Source of the DNA: an uncultured cyanobacterium | GTDB taxonomy: Bacteria; Cyanobacteriota; Cyanobacteriia; Cyanobacteriales; CAWUOF01 | Direction: 5' to 3' | DNA: 64,000 nt | NCBI GenBank assembly: GCA_963744145.1 | Contig: CAVUSO010000001.1 | Coordinates: 4,346,943-4,410,942 of the forward strand | Part shown: positions 1-7,150 of the stretch, one piece after another | Layout: every line of letters begins with the position of its first letter | How positions within the stretch are numbered: position 1 is the first letter of the stretch | The notes under the pieces: model-generated | Told to the model about the DNA's origin: nothing | The model's input: only the letters and a program-made list of their open reading frames with translations | Database searches by the model: none | Program-made: the position numbers and the translations under genes

Positions 1-161
1 GGGAACAAGCATACAAGCTAGCAAAAGCCATGAGAAATGCTTCTGCACATGGATTTCTACTACCAAGTAGGATTGGTAAATGGGGATTAAAACATGGATT
101 TCGTAAGTTAACTGATGATTTAGCACTAATTGTTACTGAAGGACTGAGTAAGATTACTTAA
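1..161 (+). CDS. 3' end of an unidentified protein-coding gene (partial, enters from window start)
   Basis: Open frame from position 3 to TAA at 159-161 (EQAYKLAKAMRNASAHGFLLPSRIGKWGLKHGFRKLTDDLALIVTEGLSKIT*). No family recognised. Confidence 0.3.
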   Translation, partial: EQAYKLAKAMRNASAHGFLLPSRIGKWGLKHGFRKLTDDLALIVTEGLSKIT

Positions 162-203
162 TTAGTCTTTTGAATTTTGTCTAAATTGATTTTGTCAAAG
201 GTA

Positions 204-233
204 TTGACAAGTAGTTGTGATTCAGCATATTAT
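204..233 (+). promoter_or_regulatory. candidate sigma70-type promoter TTGACA-N18-TATTAT
   Basis: TTGACA at 204-209 and TATTAT at 228-233, inside a 700-bp non-coding region and directly upstream of a hairpin plus T-run. Confidence 0.4.
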
Positions 234-245
234 TAAGTTGATAAA

Positions 246-357
246 TACACAAAGAGCTGAAGACCGCAAATTTTCGCGCTTCTTGTGTATTTTTCAACTT
301 TTGTGGCTAAATTAATAAGATTGCAAGTCCAAACACAGATAGTTGGTATCCGGCGCA
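246..357. repeat. 112-nt intergenic repeat, copy 1
   Basis: TACACAAAGAGCTGAAGACCGCAAATTTTCGCGCTTCTTGTGTA...GTTGGTATCCGGCGCA. A near-identical copy lies 415 bp downstream at 661-772. Confidence 0.8.
247..294 (+). terminator. intrinsic-terminator-like stem-loop plus T5 tract
   Basis: ACACAAAGAGC (247-257) pairs with GCTTCTTGTGT (278-288), with one mismatch and one G-U. It is followed by ATTTTT (289-294). Confidence 0.4.
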
Positions 358-370
358 TCAAATCAGGGTA

Positions 371-399
371 TTGACAATCTTGACGGTTGGTTGTAAAGT
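371..399 (+). promoter_or_regulatory. candidate promoter TTGACA-N17-TAAAGT
   Basis: TTGACA at 371-376 and TAAAGT at 394-399. The flanking GGTATTGACAA motif is shared with the promoter candidate at 204. Confidence 0.3.
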
Positions 400-660
400 A
401 GGTTCAATGTTTATTTGTCATTAGGCAATTGATTGAAAAAGCCCTAGTTTTCATTGCCATTGCACAAATACAGCATATTCCTGATTGATGAAGTACACTC
501 TGGAAGTGAAGATCACCTATTTTTAGTGCTATCTAGTGTACTTTTTTGAGCAAATATGCTGCATACAGAGACTCTGAAGGCAGCGAATTTACGCTCTTCA
601 GCAGGTTCAATTAGGTGCAATTGGCTCAGAAAACCCTCGTTTTCACGGCTATTGTATAAG

Positions 661-772
661 TACACAAAGAGCTGAAGACCGCAAGTTTTCGCGCTTCTTG
701 TGTACTATCCAATATTTGTCGCTAAATTAATAAGGTTGTGAGTCCAAACGCAGACAGTTGGTATCCAACGCA
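661..772. repeat. 112-nt intergenic repeat, copy 2
   Basis: Same hairpin core as 246-357, but followed by TGTGTACTATCC with no T-run. Confidence 0.8.
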
Positions 773-907
773 AAAAGCAGGAGCTTAGTCAATACCCATA
801 CCATCAACCTATAATGAAAGATGTTCCATGTAGCGTAAGCTAATATTTGGTAGATTTTATGTCTTAAATACTTGTCTCTATTTATCCAAAAAAAAAGGAG
901 CATTATT

Positions 908-1270
908 ATGGATGAAGTAGTAAAAAAAATAGCCGCTATTGGTCTACCAGGTATCATCTTTGTAATCACAATGGCCACCACAGGTTTAGGTGGAGCAGCT
1001 GCAATTACCAAAGCCTTATATCTATTAGGTCCTGGTGGGATGATTGGCGGTATTGTTTTTCTGGGAATAATCGGATTAGTTTCGGATACTTTGACTAAAT
1101 ATGGGTTGACAGAATTTCTGAAAGCCGTATATGTAGAAAGGTTAGCAAAAGGCGAATCTGCGGTAGATTTATGCAAAGAGATTGATTATTTGTTTATTAC
1201 TAATGAGCTTAAGCTAGTGCTTAAAGACCATTTGTCTACTATTACTAATCAAGGAAACAGAATCATGTAA
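908..1270 (+). CDS. small Gly-rich membrane protein, hypothetical
   Basis: ATG at 908 preceded by AAGGAG. Two hydrophobic Gly-rich segments (IAAIGLPGIIFVITMATTGLGGAAA, GGMIGGIVFLGIIGLV). Confidence 0.5.
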   Translation: MDEVVKKIAAIGLPGIIFVITMATTGLGGAAAITKALYLLGPGGMIGGIVFLGIIGLVSDTLTKYGLTEFLKAVYVERLAKGESAVDLCKEIDYLFITNELKLVLKDHLSTITNQGNRIM

Positions 1271-1306
1271 TCGCACTCTTCCAGCAAAAATGACCGTTGA
1301 TTTTTT

Positions 1307-1421
1307 GGCGTTGCTTAATCAGGGTATGAAAATCCTGTAGGGGCGCAAGAGCCATGCGCCCTGGGAGCAAGAGCCATACGCCCCTACAAATTATTTATTC
1401 ATACCGTAAATCAGCAACGCC
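1307..1421. mobile_element. 115-bp MITE-like element with ~24-bp terminal inverted repeats
   Basis: GGCGTTGCTTAATCAGGGTATGAA ... TTCATACCGTAAATCAGCAACGCC flank an internal GTAGGGGCGCAAGAGCC...CGCCCCTAC hairpin. It abuts the truncated xisH. Confidence 0.6.
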
Positions 1422-1422
1422 C

Positions 1423-1512
1423 CAATTTGCTCATAAGGTCAAAAAGAGATATCAACTCAAACTAATTGTTTACGAACCGTTAACTGAGGAGATTGTGCAA
1501 TGGATAAATTAG
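1423..1512 (+). pseudogene. xisH: xisH 3' stub (last ~29 codons only)
   Basis: Translation is PQFAHKVKKRYQLKLIVYEPLTEEIVQWIN*. The stop overlaps the xisI ATG, the usual xisH-xisI junction. The 5' part is replaced by the MITE at 1307-1421. Confidence 0.6.
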
Positions 1513-1835
1513 AGCATTATAGAATCTGTATCCAAGCCATCTTAGAACAGCATAGCCAATATAAATCCAATGACGAAAATATCGAAAGCGCACTTTTTTT
1601 TGATCCAATACGCGATCACTACCAATTGATGCGGATCGGCTGGAAAGGCTTAAAGAGAATCTATTACACTATCCTACATTTCGATATCAAAGAGGGCAAA
1701 ATTTGGCTTCAGCAAAATACCACTGATAGCGATGTAGGTGAAGAACTATTGGCAATGGGTATTCCCAAAGAAGATATTATTCTGGGTTTACATCCTCCCT
1801 ACAAGCGTCCTTATACCAAATATGGTGTTGCTTAA
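1500..1835 (+). CDS. xisI: XisI family protein (fdxN-element excision controlling factor-like)
   Basis: 111 aa. Motifs LEHYR..I, RDHYQLMRIGW, GKIWLQQNTTD and MGIPKEDIILG are typical of XisI. Confidence 0.85.
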   Translation: MDKLEHYRICIQAILEQHSQYKSNDENIESALFFDPIRDHYQLMRIGWKGLKRIYYTILHFDIKEGKIWLQQNTTDSDVGEELLAMGIPKEDIILGLHPPYKRPYTKYGVA

Positions 1836-1947
1836 AACCTCATGAACGATGTTCTCACAGGTAAATTGATCTAGCCAATAATTCCCGATCGCATTTTTTG
1901 CTACTATCAAAAACCAATTAAAAATACAATAACAGGAGATTTTTATT

Positions 1948-2517
1948 ATGTCTCTGATGACAGTTAAAGACTTAGAGCAAGTTCAAAGTACACTCTCTGA
2001 GGCGGGTTTAGATTATCAATTAGAATTAGAAAATGGGAGAATTCAAATTGTGGGGCCATCAGATATCGTATCTAGCGAAATTGGGATTCGTCTCAGTGCT
2101 TTTCTGTTTGCCTGGGTCAATCCTCGCCGTCTCGGTCGAGTATTTGACTCCGCAGGTGGTTTTATGATGCCCGATACCAATCTGAAAGCCCCCGATGTTT
2201 CTTTCGTGCGAGCATCCCGTCTGCGCCAAAGTGTGCGTTACTTTGCCGAATTGGTGCCGGATTTGGTGGTGGAAATCAAATCTCAAAGCGATCGCGTCAA
2301 GTCTATAGAAAAGAAAATTCGGAAATTTTTAGAATTGGGAGCTACAGTCGGTATTCTCATCGATCCGGATGAGTTAACTGTTACTGTTTATCGCGATCGC
2401 AGCGAACCGCTTGTGCTAGAAAATGAAGATATCTTAACAGTTCCAGAACTTTTCCCTGGTTGGGAATTACCTCTTAAGGAACTGTGGCCCCCTGTTTTTA
2501 CCGAAGACGAAGTTTAA
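1948..2517 (+). CDS. Uma2 family (DUF820) PD-(D/E)xK-like putative endonuclease
   Basis: 189 aa. Contains ELENGRI, PDVSFV and PDLVVEIKS motifs. Confidence 0.75.
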   Translation: MSLMTVKDLEQVQSTLSEAGLDYQLELENGRIQIVGPSDIVSSEIGIRLSAFLFAWVNPRRLGRVFDSAGGFMMPDTNLKAPDVSFVRASRLRQSVRYFAELVPDLVVEIKSQSDRVKSIEKKIRKFLELGATVGILIDPDELTVTVYRDRSEPLVLENEDILTVPELFPGWELPLKELWPPVFTEDEV

Positions 2518-2743
2518 AGAAATAACTTGGCTGTGTATTTAACTAATTTTTATTATTCCAAAACTAACCAGGATTTAGATAACCCATTACGCGATCCGCT
2601 AAACACTGGAAGTTTGCCCGATTATACAGTAAAATGAATACGCGAGTTTTCTGAAATACCCACAATGCCCAGAAAAGTAATGACTGAACCGCATCCGTCA
2701 GAGTACAATCTAATGGTTAGTTAGACCCCATTCAAGCAATAGG

Positions 2744-3337
2744 ATGGTAAGAAAAATGATCGCAGTAGCAACAGCAACGATAGCAACAGAACCAACAAGA
2801 AAGAAATTCACGGTAGAGGAATATTACAAGCTGGGTGAAGTTGGGATAATTGGACCTGATGAACGGACGGAATTAATTGATGGGGATATCATTCTTATGT
2901 CACCGATGGGACGTCGTCATTTTGGTTTTTTAATTCGACTGAATAGAATTTTTTCCAAGCTTTTTAATGATCGTGCTTTAGTAGCGATACAAGGTCCAGT
3001 CAGACTAAACGGAGAATTACAACCAGAACCCGATCTATTAATTTTGAAACCTTGTGGAGATGATTACATAGAATCAGATATCCAAATCCAAGACATTTAT
3101 TTACTAATTGAAGTAGCGGATACCACTATTAACCATGACCGCAATGTGAAGTCAGTCCTATATGGCAGAGCTGGGATTATTGAGCTTTGGATTGTAGATA
3201 TAAATGCTGAATTAGTAGAGGTGTATCGCAATCCTGGTCCGAACGGTTATGAAAGTATCCAACAATTCAGACGCGGCGAAAGTATCTCACCCCTGGCATT
3301 TCCAGATTTAGTAATTAGTGTTGACGATATTTTGTAG
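2744..3337 (+). CDS. Uma2 family putative endonuclease
   Basis: 197 aa. Contains FTVEEYYKLGEVGII, TELIDGDII and YLLIEVADTT. It is a paralog of 60483..61049. Confidence 0.8.
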   Translation: MVRKMIAVATATIATEPTRKKFTVEEYYKLGEVGIIGPDERTELIDGDIILMSPMGRRHFGFLIRLNRIFSKLFNDRALVAIQGPVRLNGELQPEPDLLILKPCGDDYIESDIQIQDIYLLIEVADTTINHDRNVKSVLYGRAGIIELWIVDINAELVEVYRNPGPNGYESIQQFRRGESISPLAFPDLVISVDDIL

Positions 3338-3358
3338 ACCAATAGTTTCGATTACTAA

Positions 3359-3466
3359 TCAACCGGATTCAATCGCATTTAATTTAGTTACTTCACTTCG
3401 TCTCAAACCGTTATCCCATAAGAGTCTCAGAATAGCGTAGTCGCGTTGACCAGGTACAGTATCGCC
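3359..3466 (-). pseudogene. tyrosine recombinase/integrase fragment
   Basis: Reverse translation is GDTVPGQRDYAILRLLWDNGLRRSEVTKLNAIESG*. It resembles the RD.A.L.LL..TGLR.SE box of phage-integrase family proteins. Only 35 codons remain, cut off by a half-MITE. Confidence 0.45.
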
Positions 3467-3500
3467 TACAAATTTATTCATACCATAAATCAGCAACGCC
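3462..3500. repeat. solo right end of the 1307-1421 MITE family
   Basis: CGCCTACAAATTTATTCATACCATAAATCAGCAACGCC matches the 1381-1421 end. Confidence 0.55.
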
Positions 3501-3516
3501 GAATTTATGATGACAA

Positions 3517-3774
3517 TCAACCAGGATTTGTAGGGGCAGGTTCACCAATCAATTCTGATTCAAACAGATCACGATCATAAACCTGCCCAACCAAACGAGA
3601 TAACTTCATCAACGTGGAATCCGCTGTATCTGGTGGGTTTCGTCGGAATCGGTTTCTGGTTTCTGTTGCTGACGCATCCGGTAATTGGGTTTGGATTGCA
3701 TCAATGATAATGCTTTGCTCAAATTTTTTGAAATCGCGTAAATCTTGAACTGCTTCAGGCGTAAGGTCACACAA
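3517..3774 (-). pseudogene. possible RelE/ParE-like toxin remnant
   Basis: The N-terminal LTPEAVQDLRDFKKFEQSIIIDAIQTQL...ETRNR resembles small cyanobacterial RelE/ParE-like proteins. There is no ATG start, and the C-terminus runs into the hairpin repeat at 3530-3588. Confidence 0.3.
3530..3588. repeat. 59-nt hairpin repeat GTAGGGGCAGGTTCACC...AACCTGCCC
   Basis: A near-identical copy lies at 55404-55462. Confidence 0.7.
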
Positions 3775-3781
3775 ATAGTTG

Positions 3782-3912
3782 AGGATATTCTAACAGAATG
3801 CGGTCAGGTTGACAAAAAGATCGGCAGCGCACCTTTTTTTGAGTTAGTACGCGATCGCTACCAACTGATGCAGATTGACGAGAAAGTTACTATTACGTCG
3901 CCAGGCAAGTGA
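3782..3912 (+). pseudogene. xisI: xisI internal fragment
   Basis: Translation is DILTECGQVDKKIGSAPFFELVRDRYQLMQIDEK. It aligns to ...ALFFDPIRDHYQLMRIGWKG of the intact XisI at 1500. Homology ends near 3885. Confidence 0.55.
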
Positions 3913-3942
3913 CCACACGGAAGTATCAACAATAACCTTCAT
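3886..3942 (-). pseudogene. PIN-domain (VapC-like) N-terminal fragment
   Basis: Reverse ATG at 3942 gives MKVIVDTSVWSLAWRRN, the first acidic-residue strand of PIN toxins. The frame then runs into the antisense of the xisI fragment. Confidence 0.3.
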
Positions 3943-4227
3943 AATACTTGTCTTTGTTTCTTATAATCATTAATTTCTGAGCTGCGTCACGATAATCATG
4001 GCAGTGACCAAACGCGATCAACCATGCCATTGTCAAATAAATTTAAACCTTTGTTCCTGCTGTATCCCCTTAGCACCAGCGATCGCCCCAGCACTATCAA
4101 GCCGCAATAATCACAGAAATCGGGTCCATAATTCATCCTCACTCATTTTTAACAGGGGAAAATATTGGTCTTACTGCGGATTGCCATTACATATACCACA
4201 AAGTTAATATAATGAGATCATGAGATC

Positions 4228-4491
4228 GTAAATTGATCTAGCCAATAATTCCTGATCGGGTTTTTTGCTACTATCCAAAACCAACTAAAAATACAATAAC
4301 AGGAAATTTTTATCATGTCTGAAGATGACAGTTAAAGACTTAGAGCAAGTTTCATTATACCCGATCCCAACCTGAAAGCCCGAGATGTTTCTTTCGTGCG
4401 AGCGTCCCGTCTGCGACAAAGTGTGCGTTACTTTGCCGAATTGGTGCCGGATTTGGTGGTGAAAATCAAATCTCAAAGCGATCGCCTCAAG
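4228..4491 (+). pseudogene. degenerate partial copy of the Uma2 gene at 1948 with its upstream region
   Basis: 4228-4491 aligns with 1861-2300, including the 5' UTR. It has an internal ~176-bp deletion and an early stop (ATGTCTGAAGATGACAGTTAA). Confidence 0.8.
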
Positions 4492-4541
4492 TTAAATGTA
4501 AAGATTGCTATTCTACGAATCGTTTGCAGGAAAAAAGAATA

Positions 4542-5534
4542 ATGAGCAATTTTGCTGGGATAAGTTCAAAAGCGACCAATGAACTCTCGTGTTTTCTTCC
4601 TAATGATCTTGGAGATTTGAGTGATATTCAAAGAGCAATTCCTCGTATTGCTAAAGATGAAAGGATTACTAGCCAGATAGAGCAATCTCTCCCTCAGATT
4701 CCAAGTAAACACGCTCTTTATCTGGGTGATGCCCGTGAAATGTCAGTGATTAGACCTCAGAGCGTTCACTTAGTATTGACATCACCACCATACTGGACAC
4801 TCAAAGCATACAACAAGGTGAATGGGCAACTTGGCTACATTGACAGCTACGAAAACTTTCTTGATGAACTTGATAAGGTTTGGCAAAGATGTTTTGAGGT
4901 TTTAGTACCCGGTGGTCGGTTGATTTGCGTGGTAGGGGATGTCTGTCTTTCTAGAAGAAAAAATGGTGGACGACATACTGTAGTGCCACTCCATGCCTCG
5001 ATCCAAGAGCATTGTCGCTCGATCGGTTTTGATAATCTTGCCCCAATCATTTGGCACAAAATCGCTAATATATCACTTGAGTCCGAGGGAAATGGGGCGT
5101 CTTTCCTGGGCAAGCCCTATGAGCCAAATGGTGTTGTCAAAAACGATATAGAGTTTATACTTATGCAACGCAAGCCAGGAGGCTATCGAACACCAGATTT
5201 AACCACAAAAATTCTCAGCATTATTCCTGAAAGATATCATCGTCAATGGTTCCAGCAGATTTGGAGTGGTATTACTGGTGCCTCAACCAGGTATCATCCT
5301 GCGCCCTACCCCTTAGAGCTTGCCTCAAGGTTGATCCGGATGTTCTCATTTGTTGGCGATACTGTACTTGACCCTTTTTTTGGCACAGGAACAACAACAT
5401 TGGCAGCAGCTAACTGTGGTCGAAATAGCATTGGCTATGAAATAGACGAAAGTTATTTAACTTACGCCCATGAACGCATTGCTACACAAGTAACAAGCTT
5501 GTTCAATCAGTCTGTTGTTTCTCTGTATAATTAA
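4542..5534 (+). CDS. beta-class N4/N6 DNA methyltransferase (motif IV before motif I)
   Basis: SPPYW catalytic motif (LVLTSPPYWTLK) precedes the AdoMet motif DPFFGTGTT near the C-terminus. No intact endonuclease gene is adjacent. Confidence 0.8.
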   Translation: MSNFAGISSKATNELSCFLPNDLGDLSDIQRAIPRIAKDERITSQIEQSLPQIPSKHALYLGDAREMSVIRPQSVHLVLTSPPYWTLKAYNKVNGQLGYIDSYENFLDELDKVWQRCFEVLVPGGRLICVVGDVCLSRRKNGGRHTVVPLHASIQEHCRSIGFDNLAPIIWHKIANISLESEGNGASFLGKPYEPNGVVKNDIEFILMQRKPGGYRTPDLTTKILSIIPERYHRQWFQQIWSGITGASTRYHPAPYPLELASRLIRMFSFVGDTVLDPFFGTGTTTLAAANCGRNSIGYEIDESYLTYAHERIATQVTSLFNQSVVSLYN

Positions 5535-5723
5535 AGGCTCTATGAGCGATATACTTAATAATCTCAACCAGCAACTGCTATTGGTGTAGCTCAAATGCAA
5601 CCATCTGAACCGTTAGAACCTCCGCAGATTGAGGTTGGGTTACAGATAGAAGAACTGATGGAAGATGGTGAAAGTAGCAATGGCTAAAGATAAAATGTTA
5701 ACTGAAAAAAAGTCTAAAACTAT

Positions 5724-6250
5724 TCAAGAACTCACAATACTTAAAATTACTTTAATCTGGCGATCGCACAGAAGATTTACCAGATCGGCTATTTTGATGT
5801 ACCAATGCGATCGCACAAGTGCCGATTCGCAATTCAGAGTCAATGAACATTTTCTTAACTTACTTGCTTTTGTTGTCTTTGCTGCAAAAACTCGGCTTTC
5901 ATCGCGAACTTCAGCAACTAAATCATCTGACAAATTATCTAAAACTGCTGTTAAATGTTCCCGAATTCCCATAGTTTCACGAGCAGGAATAGTTAGGATT
6001 AATTGATGAGGATAAGCGGTTTCTATTCCAATTGTCTCCATAAATGAGTCAGCTTCCTCCTGAATTGCTGGGACAAAATCTCCCTGTTCATTGTACTTAA
6101 CCCAATCACCAAATAATTCGACAATATACGCCTTTCCGTTTCCCAGAACTTCCACAATCGTTCCGACTGTTCCCTTCTGTGCTACCCCCCATAGGTTAAG
6201 GGAATATCTTCAGTTAGCTTAACCCCATCAAATAGCTGAAATCTAGTCAT
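5724..6250 (-). pseudogene. DUF4926-like gene interrupted by a frameshift in a G6 (C6 on + strand) run
   Basis: ATG at 6250 gives MTRFQLFDGVKLTEDIPLTYGG*. Shifting one nt at the homopolymer (about 6185-6190) continues as VAQKGTVGTIVEVLGNGKAYIVELF..., joining the ORF 5724..6155. Confidence 0.45.
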
Positions 6251-6252
6251 GA

Positions 6253-6408
6253 TCATCGCCCTAATCGCTCTGGTACTGCTGTTACAAATCTAGCAATATC
6301 TTCATCAAATAGAACAATCCAAACAGTTCTGATTTGTCGGGATATCCCAGAAACCCCTGTAATCTGAATATGGGCATGATAAAGTTCACCTTGCTCGTTC
6401 TCACTACA
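6253..6408 (-). pseudogene. DUF6883-like C-terminal remnant (usual partner of DUF4926)
   Basis: Translation is ...ITGVSGISRQIRTVWIVLFDEDIARFVTAVPERLGR*. It stops 2 nt before the DUF4926 ATG, and no start codon is left. Confidence 0.35.
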
Positions 6409-6455
6409 TTATGTGAAAATAATTTTATCAAGAATTACATACCGATCAAATAACT

Positions 6456-6746
6456 ATGGCCATTAAAACAAATAGTACAACTCGACCTTACACGCTAAAT
6501 TTGCGGATTAAGCCAGAAGAACGCAATTTAATCGATCGGGCTGCCAAAGTGCAAGGCAAGAATAGAACTGATTTTATTTTGGAGGCTGCAAGGAATGCCG
6601 CAGAAGAAACCTTGCTAGAACGGAGTATTTTGGAGACTAGTCCAGAAGCTTATGCAGAATTTATCGCGCTTCTAGATGCCCCACCCCAACCAAATGAACG
6701 TTTACGCAAAACTATGCAGATGACCCCACCTTGGGACAAAGAATGA
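6456..6746 (+). CDS. DUF1778 (TacA-like RHH) antitoxin
   Basis: 96 aa. LNLRIKPEERNLIDRAAKVQGKNRTDFILEAA is typical of DUF1778 antitoxins of GNAT toxins. Confidence 0.7.
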   Translation: MAIKTNSTTRPYTLNLRIKPEERNLIDRAAKVQGKNRTDFILEAARNAAEETLLERSILETSPEAYAEFIALLDAPPQPNERLRKTMQMTPPWDKE

Positions 6747-6770
6747 GTTTAAGATCACCTGAACCTCTAG

Positions 6771-7082
6771 TTAGTCATACTGCACTACAGCCTCAGTCAT
6801 GACTCTATCTCGAAAATAAATACTTAACTCATTCGGGGTTCTTAAGTCTATTTTTCTCCCTTTCATTAATTCTGAAAGTTCCATTTCCATTCTAACTATC
6901 TGAAAAAATCCTGGAGTTTTTCCTGGCTCAAATTCTACTAAGAAATCAATATCACTCTCTGATGTAAAATCATCCCGCAATACTGAACCAAATAAAGATA
7001 ATTTCTGAATATGGTGGTGCTGGCAAAATTGCGCTATTTCTTTCTTGGGAATTTCAATCGGTAATGTTTTTGTTTCACTCAT
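6771..7082 (-). CDS. MNT-type nucleotidyltransferase (MntA-like antitoxin)
   Basis: GSVLRDDFTSESDIDFLVEF is the minimal nucleotidyltransferase motif. There is no HepT/DUF86 gene downstream. Confidence 0.7.
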   Translation of the reverse strand: MSETKTLPIEIPKKEIAQFCQHHHIQKLSLFGSVLRDDFTSESDIDFLVEFEPGKTPGFFQIVRMEMELSELMKGRKIDLRTPNELSIYFRDRVMTEAVVQYD

Positions 7083-7150
7083 TACTATACTATGTTTCCT
7101 CTCACCACATTACTAAATTTTTATTAATCTGCTGGAAAAACCTTTTTTCC

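Noticed and set aside
727-1176. 149-aa minus-strand ORF
   Set aside because: It is antisense to the better-supported small membrane protein gene (908..1270) and extends into the intergenic repeat. Its composition is proline- and isoleucine-rich and low in complexity.
2059-2286. 75-aa minus ORF, and its 63-aa twin at 4285..4476 (MRFDFHHQIRHQFGKVTHTL...)
   Set aside because: Both are antisense shadows of the Uma2 gene and its degenerate copy. They are duplicated only because the Uma2 DNA is duplicated.
5665-6006. 113-aa plus ORF downstream of the methyltransferase, considered as a candidate restriction endonuclease
   Set aside because: It overlaps the minus-strand DUF4926-like frame, has no nuclease motifs and is very basic and low in complexity. 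It is too weak to call.
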